A stretch of DNA of 5,995 bases, taken from positions 1-5,995 of the forward strand of contig NW_021829782.1 of the NCBI RefSeq assembly GCF_006345805.1. Direction: 5' to 3'. Numbering within the stretch: the first letter of the stretch is position 1; the number at the start of each line of letters is the position of its first letter. Below the pieces are notes generated by a model that did not search any database, had not been told where the DNA came from, and saw only the letters and a program-made list of their open reading frames with translations. A program made the position numbers and the translations under genes. Below are positions 1 through 5,932 of this stretch, in pieces. This stretch comes from Octopus sinensis. Taxonomy: Eukaryota.

Positions 1-307
1 TTTTTCTTTGGTTTCTAACTTCGTTACGATTCTCCCCTTCACACATTCATCTGAGGAAATATAATTAATAATGTAAAAGAATACACTTGTCTATCCTTCT
101 GTATGTCTGTCTATTTCAGTTATGCTTCTTCCTCTTTTTATCATTGCTACTTCTATCGTATATTTTGCGAATGTGTCTGTCTCAGTGCGCCTGTCTTTAT
201 ATTTCTACACGCATAAACATATACATACATACATACACATATTTGAGATGCACACGTTTTATATATATATATGCACACACGATTCACATATGAATATATA
301 CGTATAC

Positions 308-562
308 GTATGTATGTATGTATGTATGTGTTTGTGTGTGTGTATGTATGTATGTATGTATGTATGTGTTTGTGTGTATGTATGTATGTATGATGTACGT
401 ACGTACGTATGTATGTATGTATGTATGTATGTATGTATGTATGTGTTTGTGTGTATGTATGTATGTATGTGTTTGTGTGTATGTATGTATGTATGTATGT
501 ATGTATGTATGTATGTATGTATGTATGTGTTTGTGTGTATGTATGTATGTATGTATGTATGT
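308..562. repeat. (TATG)n microsatellite with five GTGTTTGTGTG interruptions
   Basis: Direct reading; interruption motif at 328, 366, 443, 469 and 527. Explains the YVCM/HTYI ORFs. Confidence 0.97.
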
Positions 563-677
563 TACACGCATACATAAATAAATAGAATTCTTTTTGCAGA
601 AAACAAATTCAGCGATGAAATGGTAAACCTAGTCTAAAGAATCCATCTGTTGGCATGTGAAATACATCGTAGCATGC

Positions 678-678
<1 letters not shown>

Positions 679-716
<38 letters not shown>

Positions 717-732
717 TAAGTAGTAGTAGTAT

Positions 733-821
<89 letters not shown>

Positions 822-963
822 GTAGTAGTGGTGGTGGTGGTGGTATTAGCAGTAATAATTGTATTATTGATAGTGGTGGTCATTTTAGTGGTAATAGTGG
901 TGGTGGTAATGGTGTTGGTGTTGGTGACATTAGTGGTTGTAGTAGTAGTGATGGTGGTAGTCG
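679..963. repeat. (AGT)n trinucleotide repeat grading into a degenerate (GGT/AGT/AAT)n tract
   Basis: Nearly pure AGT at 679-828, then degenerate triplets to about 963. Explains the poly-V/S/T ORFs. Confidence 0.96.
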
Positions 964-977
964 TCTTAGACATGGTG

Positions 978-1013
<36 letters not shown>
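978..1013. repeat. (TA)6(TG)12 compound dinucleotide microsatellite
   Basis: Direct reading. Confidence 0.95.
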
Positions 1014-1014
<1 letters not shown>

Positions 1015-1353
1015 TCAGTTCTGCTGTGTGGCACCTTAGGGCACGTGCCTTCTACTATAGCTTCGAGCCGACCAGAGTCTTGTGAGTGGATTTGTCAGAC
1101 GGAAACTGAAAGAAGCCTGTCGTATATATATGCATGTATGTGGCAGGGTGTCTCTGTGTTTGTCCCCCACCACCGCGCTTGACAACCGGTGTTGGTGTGT
1201 TTACGTGTCCATAACTTAGCGGTTTGGCAAAAGAGACCGATCGGATGAATACTAGGCTTCAAGAAATAAGTCCTAAGAAGATTTGTTCGACTAAAACTCT
1301 TCAAGGCAGTGCCCCAGCATGACCGCAGTCAAATGACTGAAACAAGTGAAAGA
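1013..1353 (+). mobile_element. SINE family A copy 1, 5'-truncated at the B box
   Basis: Colinear with 1434-1803 (e.g. TGGCACC.TAGGGCA..TG.CTTCTACTATAGC; GAGTGGATTTG..AGACGGAAACTG; GCTTGACAACCG; GGCAAAAGAGACCGAT; CAGTCAAATGAC.GAAACAAGT.AAAGA). Starts at the B-box remnant GTTCAGTTC. Confidence 0.88.
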
Positions 1354-1387
1354 TAAAGATATACAGTAATCCCTCGACTATCGCGGG

Positions 1388-1531
1388 TGGTGGCTGTGTG
1401 GTAAGTAGTTTGCTTACAAACCACGTGGTTCCAGGTTCGGTCCCGCTGCGTGGCACCTAGGGCAAATGTCTTCTACTATAGCCTTGGGCCGACCAAAGCC
1501 TTTTGAGTGGATTTGTTAGACGGAAACTGTC

Positions 1532-1579
<48 letters not shown>

Positions 1580-1807
1580 GTGGGTGTGTGTGTGTGTGTA
1601 TGTTTGTGTGGCTGTGTTTGTTCCCCAACATCGCTTGACAACCGATGCTTGTGTGTTTACGTCCCCGCAACTTAACGGTTCGGCAAAAGAGACCGATAGA
1701 ATAAGTTCTAAGCTTACAAAAAATAAGTTCTGGGGTCGATTTGTCCGACTAAAGGCGGTGCTCCAGCATGGCCTCAGTCAAATGACAGAAACAAGTAAAA
1801 GAGTAAA
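1388..1807 (+). mobile_element. SINE family A copy 2, near full length, tRNA-derived
   Basis: tRNA-like head with A and B boxes, CORE-like segment GGCACCTAGGGCAAATGTCTT, internal (TA)n(TG)n, 3' tail GAAACAAGTAAAAGAGTAAA; homologous to four other copies in the window. Confidence 0.9.
1391..1444 (+). promoter_or_regulatory. Internal RNA polymerase III promoter (A box and B box) of SINE A copy 2
   Basis: A-box-like TGGCTGTGTGG (1391-1401) and B-box-like GGTTCGGTCCC (1434-1444) at tRNA-like spacing. Confidence 0.7.
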
Positions 1808-1959
1808 CCTCACTCGATAGGTGAAAATCCGCGAAGTAGAAACAATAGTGTACTGTATATATTTAAAAATTATTTTTATCATTTGTATATATTTATTTTA
1901 TTATAAATGCAAAACAACCTTTTATCACCACGGAGAGATTGACATAAGCTTAAATAATA

Positions 1960-2025
1960 AACCGCGATAGGTGAACCGCGATAGGTGAACCGCGATAGGT
2001 GAACCGTGATAGGTGAACCGCGATA
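1960..2025 (+). repeat. 14-bp tandem repeat AACCGCGATAGGTG x about 4.7, subterminal in the MITE
   Basis: Units start at 1960, 1974, 1988, 2002 (one C>T) and 2016 (partial, running into the right TIR). Confidence 0.95.
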
Positions 2026-2040
2026 TGGCGAGGGATTATT

Positions 2041-2123
2041 CTCTCTCTCTCTCTTTTTGTGTTTCTCTCCCTCCCCTCTCTCTTTCTATATATATATGCG
2101 CGCAGACACACCCACACACACAC
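2041..2123. repeat. Compound (CT)n/(TA)n/(CA)n microsatellite block
   Basis: Direct reading. Confidence 0.85.
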
Positions 2124-2200
2124 TGTAGCAGCAATGGGCATGAGCTGATTACAGGTAGGCTGGTCGGTCGGCTGGTGATACTAGTCAACAGCATGTGCTA

Positions 2201-2215
2201 CAACAACAACAACAA
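2201..2215. repeat. (CAA)5 microsatellite
   Basis: Direct reading. Confidence 0.85.
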
Positions 2216-2435
2216 GCAATAAAAATAACAATAATGATTTGGTACTTTGGTGACACATTGCTGTATTTGTTATAATCAATAATATCGATCCCAGTTTATT
2301 CACTGGTCCTTTCGTGAGCCAATGAAATGCAGATGAAGTCGTAACCTTTTGTCCGTCCTGTGCATCGCGTTTGATATTCAGGACAATATTTCCCTGGTCT
2401 CCAAGCATCATATATAACACACATTGTCTTTATGT

Positions 2436-2524
2436 TTCTTTTTCTTGTTTCGGTCATTAGACTACTGCCATTGTGGAGCACGGCCATGAAAAATTTTGTC
2501 GAACGATTCGACTCCTGTACTTAT
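2436..2524 (-). mobile_element. SINE family A copy 3, 3' tail segment
   Basis: Reverse complement TAAGTACAGGAGTCGAATCGTTCGACAAAATTTTTCATGGCCGTGCTCCACAATGGCAGTAGTCTAATGACCGAAACAAGAAAAAGAAA aligns with 1267-1353. Confidence 0.8.
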
Positions 2525-2540
2525 TATTATTATTTATTAT

Positions 2541-2662
2541 TTGCCTTTCATCCTTTCGGGGGTCGATAAAATAAGTACCAGTTGGACAATGGGGTCAGTC
2601 TAATCGACTCATCCTCTCCCCCAAAATTGCTGCCCTTGTGGAAAAATTTGAAACCATTATTA
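2541..2662 (+). mobile_element. SINE family B, 3' half with a short ATT tail
   Basis: TTGCCTTTCATCCTTTCGGGGGTCGATAAAATAAGTACCAGTT...GGGGTC...TAATCGACT is the reverse complement of the core at 4240-4305; ends GAAACCATTATTA. Confidence 0.82.
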
Positions 2663-2901
2663 CAACCCCCCCCCCTTTTGACCAGGCTCCCGTTGGCTTT
2701 TATGGGGTTTTTTCCACCAGGAACCTTTCGAAGCGCCTCCCCATATTGGGAGTTTTTCGTTGTTATATTATTTGATTGTTACACTATTTTTACACGATTT
2801 TTTCACAAACGGACAAACCCCCTTGTAACCTTTCGTCCTGTTTTGTCCCTTTATGTTTTCTAATCATGTGTGTCAGCCCTTGTGGCCAATAAAAAGAATT
2901 A

Positions 2902-2946
<45 letters not shown>
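2663..2946 (+). mobile_element. Probable 3'-terminal fragment of a non-LTR retroelement with AATAAA and an (ATT)15 tail
   Basis: AATAAA at 2888-2893 followed by (ATT)15 at 2902-2946; sits between two halves of a SINE, so it is an insertion. Family not assignable from the window. Confidence 0.5.
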
Positions 2947-3056
2947 TTGTAAAGCCTGGTACTTATTCTACCGTTCTCTTACGCCAAATCGGTAAATTAC
3001 AGGGACGTAAGCATACCATCACCGGTTGTCAATCAGTGGGAGGGGACAAACACACA
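2947..3056 (-). mobile_element. SINE family A copy 3, middle segment (continues 2436-2524)
   Basis: Reverse complement TGTGTTTGTCCCC...TTGACAACCGGTGATGGTATGCTTACGTCCC...GGCGTAAGAGAACGGTAGAATAAGTACCAGGCTTTACAAA aligns with 1146-1265 and abuts the segment matched by 2436-2524. Confidence 0.82.
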
Positions 3057-3140
3057 TATCAATAAATAAATAAATATGTGTGTGGACGTTTAAGTCAAAC
3101 TTAAGAAAATGCTTTGGACAGGCAAATGGTTCAAATATTT

Positions 3141-3310
3141 TCATGGGTTGTTTCCGTCCCCATAACTTAGCATTTAGGTATTAAAAAAAAAAACAAAACC
3201 GCTGGGATAGTTATCTGGTTTTAAAAAATATTGGGGTCAATTTGGTCGACTAAAACTCTTCAAGGTGGTGCCCTAACATGGCTGCAGTCCAATGGCTGAA
3301 ACAAATAAAG
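3141..3310 (+). mobile_element. SINE family A copy 4, degraded 3' half
   Basis: GTCCCCATAACTTAGC and CGACTAAAACTCTTCAAGG.GGTGCCC.A.CATGGCTGCAGTCCAATGGCTGAAACAAATAAAG match 1206-1353. Confidence 0.78.
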
Positions 3311-3985
3311 GGCACCGTTTAGTCCAGGACTTCATTTCTACCATCAATCGCCACCGCATCCTCACGGGCCTTCGAAATAGTCGTGGGAGTCTGCTCCTAG
3401 AAAATTTCGTTTAAATCACATCCAACTGTCTTTTAAGAAAGAAGAAGGCAGCAGTGTGCAGTACCAGACAGAGGCTCTCATGGCTTCTGATCTTAACTGA
3501 TTGGAAGTGTTATCATGTACATGTTTTGTCTTGGTATAAAAGATGGGCTACCTCAAATATTCTGCCCAATACAACAGATTTGCTTGTCAGTTGTTTGACC
3601 TTAACCAATTAAGCATGTCCCTTAGTGGCTGACGATATGTGATTCTCTGATCACGAGCAGAAGTAGTGGGGGGGGGGGACATTATAGTCATGCGTTGAGA
3701 GAAATTATTTGGGTTTGAATAATTCACCTCTGGAAACATGGGTATTTCGTTCAACAGTCTTAAAAACCCTTATTCAGGGACCTTTTGAGCGGGATAGGCT
3801 ATTCGACCGGAAGAAATTCTAACTGGACCTGTTTATGCTGATATGAGATCGCAATGTCGCGCACATATGGTTGTGATGCATGTGCCAGGTGTACCCTTAT
3901 CAGACGGGTAGTCATGACGGGCATACTGGGCTTCGTATATTTTACACTTTGATGGCATGCACTGTTCTCTCTCTCAATAATAATC
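3311..3985 (+). mobile_element. Probable interspersed repeat (LINE-like 3' end/UTR ending in AAT repeats)
   Basis: Recognised from memory as an abundant octopus repeat; ends CTCTCTCAATAATAAT. No second copy in the window, so support is weak. Confidence 0.4.
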
Positions 3986-4187
3986 ATTGCTACTACAGCA
4001 CAAGGCCTGAAATTTGGAAGAGGGGGATAGTCAATTACATTGACCCCCTCCCCCAGTGTGTAACTGGTACTTTATTTTATTGACCCCAAAAGGATGAAAG
4101 ACAATCTTGACTTTGGCGGATTTTGAACTTAGAACGTAAAGGCAGACCAAATGTCGCTAATTCTTTTATTCGGCGTGCTAACGATTT
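3976..4187 (-). mobile_element. SINE family B copy 1 (extreme 5' end missing)
   Basis: Colinear with 4190-4395 (CA.AAGGCCT.AAATTT; ACTGGTACTT...TAT.GACCCC...AGG.TGAAAG; GGCGGA.TTTGAACT.AGAACGTAAAG; CGGCGTGCTA.CG.TT). Confidence 0.87.
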
Positions 4188-4397
4188 CTTTTCTACTCTA
4201 GGCATAAGGCCTAAAATTTTAGGGGAGCGGGGTGATCAGTCGATTAGATCGACTCCAGTACGTAACTGGTACTTAATTTATCGACCCCGGAAGGGTGAAA
4301 GGCAAAGTCGACCTCGGCGGAATTTGAACTCAGAACGTAAAGACAGACGAAATACCGCTAAGCATTTCGCCCGGCGTGCTAGCGTTTCCAGCGAGCT
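4188..4397 (-). mobile_element. SINE family B copy 2, near full length, tRNA-derived
   Basis: Minus-strand B box GAGTTCAAATT (plus 4321-4331), degraded A-box region near 4380-4397, central GCCTTTCACCCTTCCGGGGTCGATAAATTAAGTACC; homologous to its neighbours. Confidence 0.88.
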
Positions 4398-4570
4398 GGA
4401 AATTTTGCGGGAAGGGACTTGTCGATTACATCGACCCCAGTATACTCAACTTATTGACCCGGAAAGGATGAAAGGTGAAGTCGACAATGGCGGAATTTGA
4501 ACTCAGAACGTAAAGACGAATAAAACACCGCTAATCATTTTATCCGGCATGCAAACTATTCTGCAAGTTC
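4398..4570 (-). mobile_element. SINE family B copy 3 (3' tail missing, small internal deletion)
   Basis: GTCGATTACATCGACCCCAGT, GGATGAAAGG..AAGTCGAC..TGGCGGAATTTGAACTCAGAACGTAAAGAC; A-box-like TTGCAGAATAG on the minus strand. Confidence 0.85.
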
Positions 4571-4959
4571 ACTGATAACGATAATAATAATTAATATTAG
4601 CATCATTATTTACAAAATAAACGAAGCAATAAACAAAATAAGTAAGTAACGGTAAAAACACCTCACAGGTAACTAATTTTAGATTATTATGCCACATCAG
4701 ATAAGAAAGATCTACAGAGACGCACGCACGCACATTAAGACAGACACACGCGTGCTTATATGAACACACCCACAAATAATATAGATTTATCTGAGATTTT
4801 TTTTTATGTTGAAGGCAATCTGACTGTCACTCTCCCTCACCCCTTATCACGAGATCACAAAACACACATTTACCAGAAATATGCTTATAATACACACATG
4901 CAGAATGCCACGTAGTGCTATCGCCTCTCAATGCTACATAACCAGGCGTGAATGTGTAT

Positions 4960-5002
4960 GAGTAGATTTGTTTGATGGAAACTGAAAGAAACCGGTCGTG
5001 CG

Positions 5003-5047
<45 letters not shown>

Positions 5048-5074
5048 ATATATATATATATATATATTATATAT
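4960..5074 (+). mobile_element. SINE family A internal fragment followed by its expanded (TA)n tract (5009-5074)
   Basis: GAGTAGATTTGTTTGATGGAAACTGAAAGAAACCGGTCGT matches GAGTGGATTTGTCAGACGGAAACTGAAAGAAGCCTGTCGT (1084-1123). Confidence 0.72.
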
Positions 5075-5141
5075 TAATAGACATCAGAAATTAAAAAAGG
5101 AAAATACGCACACTTTACATAGCTTTAATTTAATTTTTAAT

Positions 5142-5176
5142 ATATCGACCGGTTTCGCAATCGCTATTCATGATAT
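5142..5176 (-). ncRNA. Minimal type-I hammerhead ribozyme motif with variant core (A3:U8)
   Basis: Minus strand: AUAUC (stem I) AUGAAUA (core 3-9) GC-GAUU-GC (stem II) GAA AC-CG-GU (palindromic stem III) C / GAUAU (stem I'). Predicted cleavage after GUC, between 5147 and 5146. Located in a PLE pLTR, where such ribozymes are established. Confidence 0.72.
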
Positions 5177-5232
5177 TATGTTTTACTTATTTGAATATGT
5201 ATTTTTTATTAAGAAGAAATTTTGTCCATGTT
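5168..5232 (+). repeat. Left arm of inverted repeat (pLTR segment), partner 5933-5995
   Basis: 61 of 65 alignment columns identical to the reverse complement of 5933-5995 (2 substitutions, 2 single-base indels, aligned by hand). Confidence 0.93.
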
Positions 5233-5468
5233 GTGTGTGATGAAATTCACGAGTGAATGACTTCCCAAGTAGATATATAAGGGGAGGTAATTGGTTATCA
5301 TTATTATTGTTATTGTTGTGGGTAAGGGAGATAACTGTTCAGCCTTCGGTAATGGGAGGGGAATATATATGTACAGACAAAAACAAGTTTTTAAAACCTT
5401 GTTTAGTGAGGGGATTTATGCACAGTGAAGTAATCGTGAATTGAAATTTATAAAAATATAAAAGTTGG

Positions 5469-5930
5469 TTATGCCTGCGTATTAACACGTGTTCTGTATT
5501 TTTTTGTGAAAAAAGTTTCTTTATTTAAACGTTCTTGTGGAGATATAGTTTCTTTGCACTGGTAGAAGGGGAAGACTGTGAAATTTGGTTTGATGTTACC
5601 TGCACATTTTTCTCTATGTTCACTGAGAGGAATTTGCCTGTATTGCGGGAAACGGATTTGCTCTTTATGTAAAGTCGTTCTCTTTCTCAAGGTCATACTC
5701 GTTTGTCCAATATAGTTGTGTCCGCAACCCGAGCAGGTTATTACATAAATTAGGTTCTCAGAGGCACAAGTGAAACTAGTTTTAATTGTGAACCTCTGTC
5801 CTTGTTTGAAAAGGAAATCCGAGCCTTCAAGTAGGTTGAGGCAGGTTCCATAGTTTAAGCGTCCACATTTTTCAACCGATGATTTCGTGGTTGTTTTGTA
5901 AAGCTTCGCATTTGTTAGTAGTCTCAGAGA
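5469..5930 (-). pseudogene. Penelope-like element C-terminal fragment: Cys linker plus GIY-YIG endonuclease (153 open codons, no RT, no natural start)
   Basis: Hand translation extending the 75-aa track ORF upstream: SLRLLTNAKLYKTTKSSVEKCGRLNYGTCLNLLEGSDFLFKQGQRFTIKTSFTCASENLIYVITCSGCGHNYIGQTSMTLRKRTTLHKEQIRFPQYRQIPLSEHREKCAGNIKPNFTVFPFYQCKETISPQERLNKETFFTKKYRTRVNTQA*. Shows LIY...YIG, Arg (LRKR), Glu (NKE), Asn (RVN) and the PLE-type CCHH (CSGC, TLH, SEH). Confidence 0.9.
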
Positions 5931-5932
5931 CT

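Larger units (their letters stand above)
1364..2041. mobile_element. Non-autonomous Tc1/mariner (pogo/Tigger-like) DNA transposon (MITE) interrupted by a SINE
   Basis: Left TIR CAGTAATCCCTCGACTATCGCG (1364-1385) follows a TA at 1362-1363. Right TIR CGCGATATGGCGAGGGATTA (2019-2038) matches its reverse complement CGCGATAGTCGAGGGATTACTG. AT-rich non-coding interior. CAGT termini plus TA target are typical of pogo/Tigger-like elements. Confidence 0.8.

Noticed and set aside
97-210. Acceptor-like TTTCAG at 114-119 followed by a hydrophobic frame
   Set aside because: No recognisable protein, no convincing donor site, and the frame runs into a microsatellite.
87-581. ORFs of 68-151 aa on both strands (YVCM/HTYI repeats)
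   Set aside because: Translations of the (TATG)n microsatellite.
629-1085. Poly-Thr, poly-Ser and poly-Val ORFs as mucin-like or membrane proteins
   Set aside because: Products of (AGT)n; the phase shift near 718 argues against coding constraint.
1388-1450. tRNA gene
   Set aside because: A and B boxes are present but there is no complete cloverleaf, and the sequence continues into a SINE body.
1960-2025. CRISPR-like array
   Set aside because: Contiguous 14-bp units with no spacers, inside a eukaryotic MITE.
4123-4500. 125-aa ORF with internal repeats
   Set aside because: Antisense read-through of tandem SINE B copies.
4988-4998. Second GAAACCGGTC hammerhead-like signature on the plus strand, forming an 11-bp inverted repeat with 5146-5156
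   Set aside because: No core or stems I/II around it; it is a variant of the SINE A segment GAAGCCTGTCG, so probably coincidental.
5233-5468. SECIS element (some Naiad PLEs encode selenoproteins)
   Set aside because: No in-frame TGA in the visible frame (CxxC is CSGC), and I see no convincing SECIS fold by eye.
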